Below are positions 1 through 12,752 of a DNA stretch of 64,000 nt, piece by piece (within the stretch, counting starts at the first letter, position 1; each line of letters opens with the position of its first letter). A model generated the notes under the pieces. It was not told where the DNA came from, ran no database searches, and worked only from the letters and a program-made list of their open reading frames with translations. The stretch spans positions 35,094,001 to 35,158,000 of the forward strand of contig CM052817.1 of NCBI GenBank assembly GCA_028534125.1, given 5' to 3'. Both the position numbers and the translations under genes were made by a program. The stretch is from Lama glama. Its lineage: Eukaryota.

Positions 1-614
1 CTGTGCTTCTTTCTTTAGGGCTTAAAATGTCAAGTGATTTTCTTTAAGTTCCTTGAGTGATTTCAATGTTCTCTGTGTTTACTACTATTCCATCTCCAGT
101 GCAGTGCTCAGCTCAGGAAATATTTTTTCAGTTGACTAGTTGAAATTATAACATTTTTCTGGACTTACTCTTGTTCTCTGCCTTGGAAGACCCGGTATTT
201 ACAGTATTATCATGTACAGTATATTCTCATTATCATAGATTTTTGTCATTTTATAATATATTCTCGTAAGAATAACAACATACTCCTTTGGAAAATATTT
301 CAGGTTTCAGGAAAACAAATTTATTCTTGCTAGTGACATGAATGTGCCTGGCATATATTATGTAATGGTACTAGGGTTTGTTGAACTGAGTGAGCTAAAT
401 TGGTAACTGCCTTTATAAATTTGGCCTATTTTCTTTTAATGTTTTTCTACTATTTTTTAAAATCTTATGATTATACTGTTTATATACTATTTGGAATTTT
501 ACTTTTTAAAAGCCTACTAATATTAAGTATTGGCATGTTTCATAGATGTAACTTTTAATGGCTGCCTGATATTTTCTTTATGGGCTAATTACCGTAATTA
601 CACATAGTTGACTT

Positions 615-740
615 ACAAAATGTTTATCAAATGTCTGTTGTGTGCCATGACTGTCCAATGGTGAATAAGACATAGTCCTTGACCTAGAGGTACTTTCAGA
701 CTAGCATGTAGGGAGGAAGAAAGTAAAGAGACAATTATGT
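615..740 (-). mobile_element. L2 LINE 3' fragment
   Basis: 'aatgtttatcaaatgtctgttgtgtgcca...gtgaataagacatagtccttgacct' resembles the reverse complement of the L2 3' end. Confidence 0.6.
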
Positions 741-976
741 TCCCGTATTTTAGACATTAGGTTATTTCTAGAATTTCATTATGAGTCTTGACATATGTTG
801 TCAAAATTCATTCTAGGTATTGTGGCAATCGGCCCTCCCACCAGTACACAAGATCTAGAATCCAGAGCACAGGATGGGGTTGGAATTCTTCCACATTTAG
901 CGGTATCTGAGCCTGTTGCTTTATCTCACCTGAGAAGATTAATAAGCTAACGCTGAGATCCTGTCACTTTTTAGAT

Positions 977-1267
977 CTATGCTGTCCAGGATGATAGCCA
1001 CTAGTCACAGGTGGCTATTGAGCACGTGAAGTGTGACTCTGAATTAAGATGTGCTGTCAGTGTAGAAGCTACACTGGATTTGAAATTTACTCTAAAAAAG
1101 GAATGTGGACTATCTCATTAATAATTTGTATGCAGATGACATGTTGAAATGATAGTATTTTGAATATATATATATATATTAATTTCATCTGTTTTATTTT
1201 AATGTGGCTACTAGGTGATTTAAAATTACATGTATGGCTCACACTATGTTTCTACTGGACAGCGCTG
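977..1267 (-). mobile_element. MER33 non-autonomous hAT-Charlie DNA transposon
   Basis: Terminal inverted repeats CTATGCTGTCCA...TGGACAGCGCTG; internal 'tagccactagtcacaggtggctattgagcac' and 'atgttgaaatgata' match the MER33 consensus along its length. Confidence 0.85.
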
Positions 1268-1424
1268 TGATAGACCCTAAACTAAAGTAAAAAGGTTTTC
1301 GTTGAATCTCAATGTGACATTGTGACATCGGAATCTCCTTTCTGGGCCTTTCCTTCCTGTGTGTTCTCTCTTTCTCGCTGTCTCTCTCTTTCTCTCTCTC
1401 CCTCTGTCTCTGCTTTCAGATTAG

Positions 1425-1575
1425 CCATTTGCCACTTCTTGAGGCTCATTTCCTCATATGTAAAATGGAGATAGTATTGCTTTCTGATTGCACTATTGGC
1501 TTGTTTGTTGTAAAGGTAAAATAAAATAGTAGACGAAAAATGCTTTTGTGAGTCATAAAGCAGCACGTAAATGAA
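1425..1575 (+). mobile_element. MIR SINE fragment
   Basis: MIR core 'ctcatttcctcatatgtaaaatggagatagta'. Confidence 0.65.
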
Positions 1576-1709
1576 ATGCATTATCATGCCTTTGTGTCTA
1601 TATTTTGGTATGAATTTAAATTCTTACCAATATGTCACCATTAATTTAAACTCTTAAAGCAAGTCTGGTAATGGAATGAAAGATTTCATCTCCAGGCTGG
1701 GCTACCACA

Positions 1710-1890
1710 TGGTATAAGCTAGGCTTTGGAATCTGGTAGACTGGTCCAAGTTACTTAACCTCTCTGAGACTTAGTTTCCTCATCTCCAAATAGTTACTTA
1801 ATATTTTGCAAAGTTGCACAGTTTAAATGAGTTGACCTAATGTGTCACAGAATGCTTGCCCGACGTGTCACACAGATGATTGATAAACTG
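1710..1890 (+). mobile_element. MIR SINE
   Basis: 'caagttacttaacctctctgagacttagtttcctcatct' is the MIR core. Confidence 0.75.
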
Positions 1891-4045
1891 TCTTTCCCTT
1901 TTCTCCTTCTTATTTCTAGTGAGAGCCAGAGATTGTTTTTTGGTCAAGAGTCATGTAAAGATGGTCCTGAAATCATACACAGGCACCAGTGGTGTCTTAT
2001 TTTGTTCATAGTTTACTCTCCTTCCTAAACATAGTGACAGACTTGAAGCCAGATATAATAAAGATTTAAATGCAACCCATTGCGTTTGGCTTTGTATCTG
2101 TGTAGAATGGAGTTTCTACAGCATCTGCTCTTGTGAGCAGCCATCCCAGGAGATTATGAACTTAATAGGCTCGGGAAGACACCAGACTTTTTCAAGCATG
2201 AGGACTCCTTAATTTTATTGAATAATATTGTCTTTTAGAATATTTAGTGTTTTTTCATACTACAAAAGCAATATATTCTCATTATAACAGTTTAAAATGC
2301 AGAAACTTATAATATAGACAGTGAAAACACACCTATAAATCTCTCCCAAAATTAATACTGTAGTTTATATTTTCTAAAATTTTCTGTGAACATGTCATAA
2401 TACATTTACATATGTTAAAGTAGTATTTACAACAAATATTTATTTATTTAAAAATTTAGGTTATTTTATATATAGACGGATACTTTTCCTTTTAGACTTA
2501 ACTAATTTTGGACCTTTTTCCGTGTAAGTACATGGAAAATTTTAACATTTCAACAGCTTTTAGTAATCTTAGATAATAGTAGTGACAATACTGGCTATGA
2601 ATTCAATTACATTTTAAAATACATTCTAGAAATTAAAGACAAGAGTAATCGTATACATTGGAAACTTGGCAATATTTTTGTGTGAAATGTATAATCTATG
2701 TGGTGTTTGGCATACGGTATTCAGACAATGAACTTGGTGCTCATATGAATCTGTTGGGATCCTTGAATAACTCCCTGTTTCCCACAAGCTGGGAACTACT
2801 GCATGACAACTAGCTTAGCTATGGACGTTCTATACAGACTAGTCTCCCAGGCATGCCTGGTTTACCTGAAGTTGACATCTTCCATAAAAGCTACAGTAAA
2901 ATAATAATTATCTGATGGTCATAATAAATGCTCTGTTGGGTATGTATCAACTGTGGGGTGCCCTTTTCCTGGCTTTTAGTGACTGCAGCAATTTCAGGGG
3001 CTTTTCTAAAACTGGGACCCATTCAGAAGCCACTCAGGAGAGTCTAAATCAGGTTTGGTTGTGTAACCCGCACCTGTCAGGGGACTGTTACCTGCTCTGA
3101 GGGAGATCCGCTTCAACATGGACTTTGGAAAGTATTCTCCTTGCAAGTAGAATGTGACTTTGGGGATTTACCTGCTTTCTTGCATTTGCCTCTACCAACT
3201 GAAATCTTACTTTTTTTTTTTCAAGACTCATATTATCAGTGAAATCTCTCTGGCCCTTCTCCTCTGTTCTGACTGGCTGTGCTGCAGATGTTCGCACTTC
3301 CTCATATTCCGCTTCACATTGTTCTTCAATGGCTTCGGTATAAATCGACTTTCCTATGGGCTTCTAGAGGACATTTGCTCCCCCGAGGACACAGCGTAAG
3401 ACTGGATGGTCAGTAGTCCCTTACTAGGTACCTACTTCTTTAAGTTATTAGGCACTTTCTTAAGCTTTATTTTTCTCTCTCCTCCTTCTAATCAATTAGC
3501 TAATAAACCTAAATTCAAGCATCTAAAATAAATCCTGTAGTGGTACTGAGCTGTTGGAGAAAAGTCAAGGGATCTCTGTGAGGCCAGGAAGCACCAACTG
3601 CTATTGGCCGTGGACAGCAGAGAGCTCTAATACTGATCAGTTTTGCAGCAGCAAACAACACAGCAGAAAGCTGGTGGAGGTCTGATTGCCCTTGGAGCTG
3701 GCACTCTTTTGCTGAGTCACTACTTTGGAACTCTTGTTAGACTGGCTGGAGTCTATTTCCAACGTTTTCTTCTACCTGCAATGTGAAAAACCTTCATTTC
3801 ATTGGAAATTGATTATTTAGAGACAAGAGCAATCAGTGATGAGGATTTTACCCTTTGAGTACTCTTAATAGGTTAGTAATTTATAGGTATGAAAACTCCA
3901 AAGGACAAAGTGTAGTGTGGGTAAAGGAATACCTTGCATCATTTTAATGTTATCTTCAAAGGAAGTGCATATTTGTTGTTGATATTTTAGTTTTAGTTAT
4001 TCTGAATTTTAAAAAGATGGCACTTTGATTTTGGATTCGTCTGCC

Positions 4046-4545
4046 NNNNNNNNNNNNNNNNNNNNNNNNNNNNNNNNNNNNNNNNNNNNNNNNNNNNNNN
4101 NNNNNNNNNNNNNNNNNNNNNNNNNNNNNNNNNNNNNNNNNNNNNNNNNNNNNNNNNNNNNNNNNNNNNNNNNNNNNNNNNNNNNNNNNNNNNNNNNNNN
4201 NNNNNNNNNNNNNNNNNNNNNNNNNNNNNNNNNNNNNNNNNNNNNNNNNNNNNNNNNNNNNNNNNNNNNNNNNNNNNNNNNNNNNNNNNNNNNNNNNNNN
4301 NNNNNNNNNNNNNNNNNNNNNNNNNNNNNNNNNNNNNNNNNNNNNNNNNNNNNNNNNNNNNNNNNNNNNNNNNNNNNNNNNNNNNNNNNNNNNNNNNNNN
4401 NNNNNNNNNNNNNNNNNNNNNNNNNNNNNNNNNNNNNNNNNNNNNNNNNNNNNNNNNNNNNNNNNNNNNNNNNNNNNNNNNNNNNNNNNNNNNNNNNNNN
4501 NNNNNNNNNNNNNNNNNNNNNNNNNNNNNNNNNNNNNNNNNNNNN
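4046..4545. other. Assembly gap (exactly 500 N)
   Basis: N-run of round length 500, typical of a fixed-size scaffolding placeholder; true size unknown. Confidence 0.98.
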
Positions 4546-4727
4546 ACACTGTATAACACAGGGAAATATACACAAAATGTTATGATAAATCACAGAGAAA
4601 AAAATGTGACAATGAGTGTGTATATGTCCATGAATGACTGAAAAATTGTGCTGAACACTGGAATTTGACACAACACTGTAAAATGATTATGAATCAATAA
4701 AAAATGTAAAAAAAAATAAAATAAAAT
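4546..4727 (+). mobile_element. Young camelid L1 3' end with A-rich tail (5' part lost in the gap)
   Basis: 'actgtataacacagggaaatata...gtgctgaacactggaatttgacacaacactgtaaaatgattat...aataaa' followed by an A-rich tail; the same terminus recurs at 18389-18450. Confidence 0.85.
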
Positions 4728-5415
4728 AGCATTTTGCTTTTGCATACATTTATGTGTTTAGGCAATGTGTAAAATTAAGAGGAACCACTGAAAGAAAACT
4801 GTTTTCTTCTGGCATTTGGGGATGAGAAAAAAGAGCCACACAGACTGATACAATTTGGGGCCCAAGAATGATTTTATCATGTATGCCCACCAGACACTTC
4901 CCATTCCTGGCAAATGAAATCTCTTCCTTTTTAAACTATGGATACTTTGTGTTTTGACACACTTCTGCTTATGCGTTCTTTAAGCTGATACTAACTACAG
5001 CCTAACTAGGGCGGGTGAAACTGCAACTACCTGCTTTGTTGAAAAGCACAATTTTGGAAAAGAGGTGTGTAGGTGTTGCTTTATTTTTTTATTTTTATGC
5101 TTAGATTGCTAAATTGAATAAATTGTATAAATAATAAATTGTATACATAATAAATATTGTTGTAAATTTATCAATTTGAATACCACTCACTGAAACATAT
5201 ATCTTTGCTGCACATAACTTCTCCCATATTTTGGATTATTTCCTAAAGATAAAGTCATAAAAGTGGAAAACCTGGTTAAGAGGAATTAATATGTTTATGG
5301 TTCAGAATGCAAACTGCCTTCCAAACTGTATTAATTTATATTTCCATTAGCAGCACATTCATCGCAGAGGTCTCCATTTGAACTCTTTGCTTGCTAATGT
5401 AAGAAGCAAAATATT

Positions 5416-5535
5416 GAGCAGAGGGTAAAGCTCAATTGTAGAGCATATACTTAGCATGCACGAGGTCCTGGGTTCAATCCCTAGTCTCCGTTAAAAAATA
5501 AATAAAAAGAAATAAACCTAATTACCCTCCCAAAA
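5416..5535 (+). mobile_element. vic-1-type tRNA-Ala-derived camelid SINE
   Basis: tRNA-Ala(AGC)-like head with A/B boxes, AT-rich linker, 'cctaattaccc' tail; 15-bp TSD AAGAAGCAAA(A/C)TATT at 5401-5415 and 5536-5550. Confidence 0.92.
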
Positions 5536-5799
5536 AAGAAGCAAACTATTAAAATCTCATTTGATTGCTTTATTTCTTTGATTACAAGGTAATCATTTTT
5601 TGTAGATATGTTAGTTCATATTTCATTTTTTCTGGTAAATTGTCTATTAATGATGTTTGACCTTGTATCTCATGAGGTAGCACTGTTTCTACATAAATGG
5701 GATAGCTTTATTTGATTTTTGCAGGTATTTCCTAAGGCATCTAGCACTGATGTTCTGGGACTCAATAAGGACAGCCTTTCTGCTGACCTGTCCACTGCT

Positions 5800-6035
5800 C
5801 AGAGAGGCTGAGGGCACAGACTGAGGAGTGAGTTTGCCTGGGTTTCAACCCAGATTCTGCTGCTTACTAGCTGCATATCCTGGGACAAGTTACTTAACTC
5901 ACAGGGCTTCAGTCTCTTCACCTTAACATGGGAGTTAAAATAATAGCCTCTGTGCTCCATAGTTGCATAAATTAAACATCAGTCCCCGTAGCACCTCGTA
6001 CATAGCAAGTACTCAGTAAATGTGAGCTGTTAGCC
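5800..6035 (+). mobile_element. MIR SINE (near full length)
   Basis: 'tgcctgggtttcaacccagattctgctgcttactagctg...gacaagttacttaac...catagcaagtactcagtaaatg'. Confidence 0.85.
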
Positions 6036-6562
6036 ATCGTTTAGAATGTAAGCTCCAGGAGAGCAAGGCCATAGGCCTTGTTTGTTGTTATGAGTCTGCT
6101 GGTCAAGTGCTCAGCAGGTATGTCAGTGGGTTGTCCTCAACTGACAAGCCCTAGAAACAAGACTGAGAGCAGCACTCAAGTGCCTGCAGTTGGCACTTTG
6201 CTTTTCTCTGGGCAGGCTGAGGTGTAGATGTGGGGCAGACTGAACATAGCAGAAAGTGATATAATTTACATCAATTTCCTTCACACAGTGAAACAAGAGT
6301 TTCTCAGGAGTCTGTGAAGAATGGCCAGAAACTGCCATCTGGGTGAGGACCTTCTAACTGCTGGAGTGTTTTCTCTTTCCTCCCACTTGCTTTGGGAGAC
6401 TGGCCCTGTGCCCAGGTGCCCGCTGTGCTATCTTTGAGAGGAAACAAATGAAGTGCCTCTGACCCAAATCTCAGTGTTAGCTCCCTTTCTGAATTTAACC
6501 TGAAGAGCAATTTATCGGAACCTTTTAGTCCTGTTCACTATTTATCTTTGCCCGAGGAACTC

Positions 6563-6920
6563 TTTAACAGCTTTGGACAGATTTATTGAGGTCTAGTTGA
6601 TATACAGTGGACTTCATCCTTTTTCAGCTACACCTTGAACAATGCGATGATATCACAATCAAAGTGTATAACATTTCCATCCCTCCAAAAGGTCCCCTCA
6701 TGCCCCTTTACCGTCAGTCCCCTCCTCCTGTCCCCAGCCCCTGGCAACCACTGATCCGAAAGATGTCTGTATGGTTTTGCTCTTTCCCAAGTGTCATGTA
6801 AGTGGCATCATCCAGTACTCAGCCTTTTGTGTTTGGTTCCTTTCACTCAACATCATGCTTTTGAGATTTATCCACATTGTAACGTGCGTCAGTATTTCCT
6901 TCCTTTTTACTTCTGAGTAA
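6563..6920 (-). mobile_element. Old L1M (L1MB/MC-type) 3' end
   Basis: 'tttattgaggtctagttgatatac...ccccagcccctggcaaccactgatc...ctcaacatcatgcttttgagatttatccac'. Confidence 0.8.
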
Positions 6921-7006
6921 TTTAAAATTTCTTTTTTGAGCAATTTAAAAATTATCCTCTTTACTCCCTAAGAGTAAATTCTTCCTACCTATTTTTTGAT
7001 CTAATG

Positions 7007-7258
7007 TTTTTATTTTTTTAATTTGTTTTTATTTTTATTTATTATTATTATTATTTTTGTTTCATTTATTTTTAATTGAAGTACAGTCAGTTACAATGCA
7101 TCAGTTTCCGGTGTACAGCGCAGTGTCCCAGTCATGCATATACACACAAGTATTTGTTTTCATATTCTTTTTCATTAAAGGTTATTACAAGATATTGAAC
7201 ATAGTTCCCTGTGCTATACAGAAGAAACTTTTTTCTAAATCTATTTTTATATATAGTG
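7007..7258 (-). mobile_element. Camelid L1 3' end with T/(TTA)n tail
   Basis: 'ttttaattgaagtacagtcagttacaatg...gatattgaacatagttccctgtgctatacag', same family as 51287, 53351 and 57135. Confidence 0.88.
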
Positions 7259-7960
7259 TCTTTTGTTACAGAAACTCCACGAGTGTCAGATGCCCATGAG
7301 GTACATGCAGGGGACTTTTATTAACTCAGAAAAATCTGAATAACAGGAAGATATCGTGGCTATGTACCTTGCTGAGTACAAATCGCAGTGTTTCTTAATT
7401 ATACAGATTTTTTTTCTTCCTGTTGTGTTAAGAAATAAATACTTAAAAAAACTATTTGGTCCCAGTAGAAAATTTCATGTAACGTAAGTTTTAAAGGTGG
7501 TTCCTAAAAATAAAGTGTGTTGCAATCAAACTAGATAAAAATGGCTAGTTTGCTAGCATAAGGGGATGCTTGTGTGAGCACAGGGTAGACTGGTTTGTTT
7601 ACTCATCTTCTTTGGGATGATTAAAGAGCAAGCATCGATTTAACATAAGAAAAAGACATTCAGCTGAGTAAATCAGAATACGTAAACTGTCTCATCCATC
7701 TTCACAACATCTGTGTTGTCTGAGGGAAATATTATCAATATTCATAGCTTTAAAATGGACTCATTGACAGAGGTTAAATGTCTCACTTAAAGTCACATGA
7801 GCTTTTTCTCATCTTGGAGCTTTTGGAGGGAAGAGACTGATTTTATCCATTTTGCAGCCTCATTTGTGCATTTCCCTTGCACACAGAAGATGCTGAGTGT
7901 ATCAGTTTGGCTGAATGAGGCAGCATAATAGCCTGGGAATAAAGACTGTATGTCTTAGAG

Positions 7961-8142
7961 CAGAGCCTGTTTTTGGCAAGTAAAGTTATTGGCACTGAGA
8001 CACGCCCATTTATTAAAGTACCCTCTGTGGGTGCTTTTTCTCTGCAACAGCAGAGTTGTGTACTTTTATCAGGGAACGTCTGGGCCCCGAGCCTAAAATA
8101 AGTACCATCTGGCCCTTTACAGAAGAAGTTTGCCAGTCCCTG
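7961..8142 (+). mobile_element. MER58A hAT-Charlie element (5'-truncated)
   Basis: 'gcctgtttttg...aaagttattgg...atctggccctttacagaagaagtttgccagtccctg' matches the MER58A 3' part and TIR. Confidence 0.85.
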
Positions 8143-8145
8143 CCT

Positions 8146-8290
8146 TTGAGTCACACTGTCCAGGTTCAAATCTCAATTCTTAAACTTACTGTGTGATGCT
8201 GGGCAAGTGGCTTGATTTATTCCAAGCTTCAGTTCTTCCTCTGTGAAATACAAATCATAGGAGTAGCTACCTCGGAAGCATTAAAACTCA
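8146..8290 (+). mobile_element. MIR SINE fragment
   Basis: 'ccaggttcaaatctc...tgtgtgatgctgggcaagtggctt...cagttcttcctctgtgaaat'. Confidence 0.75.
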
Positions 8291-8549
8291 AGCCCTGGCA
8301 AGACCAACAGATCCAGTGGAACTTCGGCTGATTATTTCTAGATTGTAAACTATCTACTAGATTTTAAACTCCTTGACAGGTACAGTTTTGAATTTCTCAT
8401 GCTTGGTTGTTCTCCTGAAGCTCCAGGCTTCAATAAACTTGCTTTAAATGCAAAGCTGTGATAGGTGGACTCTCAGTGAATAATGTATTTGTAAGTATTA
8501 GCTTTGCCTCTTAACAACTTACTTATTTCAAAGGACAATATGAAAAAGC

Positions 8550-8800
8550 AAGAATTATGAGGGTAAAATATGAATGATCCTAAATGTCCTACAACAGATG
8601 AACAGATAAGTAAATTAAGAAACACTATGCAATGGAAAAAAAGAAGAAACACTATGCAATGGAATAGTAAGCAAGTGATTAAAATGATGATAGTGAGGAC
8701 AATTTAGCAACATGGAAAAATGATAATTATAAAATATTAACTTAAAAATTGAAAAAAGTGACAATACAAAATTGCATGTAAACTATAATTTAAAAAAAAT
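8550..8800 (+). mobile_element. Old L1ME 3' fragment
   Basis: 'cctaaatgtcctacaacagatgaacagataagtaaatt...actatgcaatggaatagt' is L1 3' region. Confidence 0.65.
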
Positions 8801-8829
8801 TTTTTTAAAAGGCAAAGGCCTTCAAGTAA

Positions 8830-8989
8830 CAGTTTTCAGACTTCAGCTGTAAATCTTGCAGTGCTAAGGCCTCCTACTCAGAAATTCTGATTTAATAAAT
8901 GTGTGACAGTGCCCTGGAATCTGCCCGTTTGACAGGCATCCAAGGTGATTCTGGGGTGAGCAGTCCATCCACCAGACTTTGAAAACACT
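8830..8989. mobile_element. MER5A/MER5A1 hAT-Charlie element
   Basis: 'cagaaattctgattta...ctggaatctgc...ggtgattctg...accagactttgaaaacact'. Confidence 0.75.
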
Positions 8990-10799
8990 CTCTTGAAAGA
9001 ACTAAACCAACATGGTTTAGTGGGATTGTGGATTCTTTTTTTTAACATCTTAATTTTTCTTTTGTGGTTGTTGTTATTTCCTGCTTTTACAATGAAAAAA
9101 GGAATTTTATATTTAATTATATAATTGGTTAAATTATTAATACATTTATAAATTACTTTAATTTTTAAGTAAGCCAGGTTACATCCATAGCACTATTAAA
9201 AAGAAGATGCCAATCTACATTATACTGATATGCAACGACTTCCAAAGCACCTTGTAAGGGAAATTAGAAATGTGTGGGACAGTGTGTATTACATCTAATT
9301 TCTGTGTCAAGAAAAAGAAAGGGAGAAAGAGTTGAGGACATGCACATATAGGTTGTATATACAAAGGATCCCTGGAAAGACGTAGAAGAAACTGGAACCA
9401 TCCCTTTCCCACCTTCCTTGAGATCAAGGGGATGCAGGAACACAGAAAGACTTCTGGTCCCTGTCACACTACTGCAGTGATACGGATAATTCAGCATGAA
9501 AGCTAGTCTGGGAGCCTCATGGTCATTTATCACATAGTTTCTGTAGGAAAAGGCCATCGGCATTTCCACAGCTGACTTTACAGCCCAGCATATAAAATCA
9601 CGTTTTGAGGGGTTAAAGACTGCCAATGTTGGTGGGCCATACCACAGAGGCATTACTGAGACTGCTAGGATTCATCAGGGACTGGAATGTGGATGGATCA
9701 GCAGAAGTCTATTCCCAGGGCTAGGGAGCAAATGAACAGATGGAGAGAGATGTTGGTTTTTGTCTTTTTTTTTTTTCCATAGCTGAATCAGGGAAGATTT
9801 TCTACTGTATTCTCAAATCCCATCAAAGGAGACCAGAGTTGAGTTAAGTCAGAAAGTACTTTATGAGGTAAAATGAGGTGAAAAAGATATGGGAAAGTGA
9901 AAATAGAATTGGAAATTCAGGAGAGCCTTACGTATTTGAGGATTGTCGTCTTAGAATTATGTCGAAGTATAAATAATTTTCATCATCTGATCGAGAATCA
10001 CGGCTTCCTAGCATTAGCTTAAGTAATAGTACGTAGTCTCAGAAGGAAAGATTGTTGGCCATCTATCTCAAAGCTCTACCTTCCATACCTGGTGAATAGG
10101 TGAACAGGTTCCTGATCCCATACTAAGCCTATCCTCTCATGCCTGAACCCTAGATTTCCCTTTTAAGAATATAGGAAATAAATAGCCATTTATTCTCTGA
10201 CCAAATATTAGAGAGATGAAGTTTATTCCCTAAGAGGTGCTTTTGAAACGTTGCCTTTGAGAAGCTGAAATAAAGAAACAGATTCGTTTACTCATCTGTA
10301 ATTCAAGCAACCAGCAGGGGTATTTATCTGGTGAGCTACTTTATTGCAAAGAATTGAATGAGTTCAGTCTATGATGCTCAGGTTCTGTTTATAGTTTCAC
10401 TGAGCAGCGGAACAAAAAGCCTTCCTTTTCCCTGCTCTTCCTCCTCCACCCTCCGTAACAGAATACTCTCCTGTTGCAAAGAATGCCAACTTTACAAACA
10501 CAGAGGACTCTTCATCACTTGGTTTGCCACTCCCTGCCTATCATATGCTTTCTGGTTTGAGTGGAGTAACACTTCCTGGTAGAGTCCAGTTAGTCCTGAA
10601 GATTGCAGGCTCCTTGCTGGGAGTATGCGTGCGCTGTGGCTCTGCTGGGAATGGTGGTCACAGAGGTAGTAGGAATGTTAAATGGAAGGTCCAGGGAAAA
10701 CCAAGTGTTTTTCTATGCTGCTCATTGAAAGTAAGGAAGGCTTAGAGTTGAGACTCATCCTGACTATTTGTGGGATGCAAGGACACTGATTTGCCCAGA

Positions 10800-11570
10800 G
10801 GAGATAATTTGTGATGGGGGTGGGGGATGGTAGATGTTAGGTAAGAGAAATAGCTTGGATAGATTAAGTGGGGCCAGGTTTTTGGGTGAGGGGGTCTTGA
10901 ATGCCAGACTCAGCTAGAAATATTCTGAAATAAATAATGGGGAGTCATTGCATGTTTTGTAGAAAGGGAGTAACTTAATGCAAGCAGAGTTTCCTGAATT
11001 AATCTGGCAGTAATATTTAGGGAATAGCAGAGCAGACAAACTGAGTAACATGATATTGCAGCAAGACAGACACGAGCAAGTGAAAATTAGGATGCTGACA
11101 GAGAACAGATTAAAGAGGCATCAAGGAAAGAAACAGATAAGATTAAAAAAAAACCCAAAAAACTACCCAGGCATGGACAATGATGGAGAACAAAAAGGTA
11201 AAATGACAGTAGGAAAACTATGTAATATTTGCTTTGCCTTGAAGATTTATCAATGGAGGGAGAAAAGAGGGTTAAAAGCGATCAGAAGACGCAGTTTTCA
11301 AGGAACCTGAAGAAACAGACAATATCATGTAGCGGTGTCCAGTTGACGGCATCCTATATTAGCGGCTGTTGGTGGGAGGGTGGTGAGTGTTGAGACAATT
11401 GTGACTTAAGCACAGACCTGTTTGGACTCAGATCATTAGTGACTTTCAGAAGTGCAGTTTGAGTAGAAGGGCGGGATCAGGAGTGATTTGGAGGGTTAAG
11501 GAGAGAACAATGCTGAGATGAATGAAAGGTAGTAAAGACCACTTACTTGCCTCTGAAGTTTCATAGTGAA
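10800..11570 (-). mobile_element. Degraded L2 LINE fragments
   Basis: Purine-rich motifs 'ggtcttgaatgccagact', 'ggggagtcattgcatgttttg', 'tcattagtgactttcag...gcagtttgagtagaagg'. Confidence 0.55.
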
Positions 11571-12752
11571 AGGAAAACAGATGAAAATTAATAGTAGTAG
11601 CACCATTACAGATTTCCAGAACTTGTGGTTTAGCTAAGTGTTTTCTATTCAGAGGAATGGTAGAAAATTATAAGATCTGGAAGGCCGAAAGGGTGGATTT
11701 CAACCCTTGAGCCTGACTCCTGTGAGTAAGGCATTTGTGATATTTCCATGTGCTGACAGTTTTTTTTACAGCTCCAGTCCCAAAGCTTTGGGTGTATGTT
11801 TTGCACCTATGCGTTCCCATAAGTTCTGCTAGATAAGAGGCTGGGGAAGGCAAGAGATGAAGGAATCGAATTTCTGTTCTCCTCCTGCTAGTGCCTGGAG
11901 GTGGAGGAGAAAGGGAAGGAGGTAATTTGTATCCTTTTTTTTTTTTTTTTGAACTTCACAGTATAATTTCATATACAGCTGAGACTGGAATGTGGCTGTC
12001 CTGGCCTGAAGTCCAGGTCATTCTTACTGCACCCTGATATCAGACTGGGGGCCTTAGAGGAGGAAAAGGAGAAAAGTATCACTGCTCAGGTCCTGCTGTC
12101 CACTGAGAGTCACCAAAACTGGTGTCACGGCTTTTCTTGCCAATTGCTATTGAGAACAGGCTGCAAATGCACTGCTCAAAGTGACCATGTGGTGTCTGTC
12201 TGCAAAGCTGAAGTCACCCAGGCAGAAACCTAATTCTACGTGGCCAGAGCCAGCAGCACAGTTACCACCCCTGGGCAGAAACCTTCCGAGTAATTCAGCT
12301 ACAGTTTCTCTGTTACAATCTGTTCTCAAGTGGCAGGTCACAGGCATCATGACTTGCAGAAGTAAATGAATCCTGGCGATGTGGTCCTGACATCCAGTCT
12401 TCCTGATTGCTGGACTGAGAACTTGAAATACTGGAAACTGATTCTTAACACTGGTTTTTGGGGGATGGACCCCACAGTCAGCAGGGGCTGTGAAACATCC
12501 TATATGTGGTCATGGCAAATGGAAAATGTCCACTTTTCGATTTATCCAAAGAAGTTTACCTGGAGATCTATACTCTGGGTCCACTGAAGGATCACAGTAA
12601 GATTCATCTTCCCAGTCCCCATGGTGTGGTGCCAAACATGTATAGGAAGGAAATGAATCGAGATGGGGTGGTGAGGGTTCAAGCCTAAGTGTTTAACATG
12701 GAACGAAAGACAAGTGCTAAATTGCTACCACCGCAGTAAGTGGGCTTCCACG

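Noticed and set aside
3956..4671. Longest ORFs in the track (186-220 aa)
   Set aside because: Artefacts of translating through the 500-N gap
12060..12720. Cluster of short ORFs suggesting a processed pseudogene
   Set aside because: No recognisable parent protein, poly(A) or TSD
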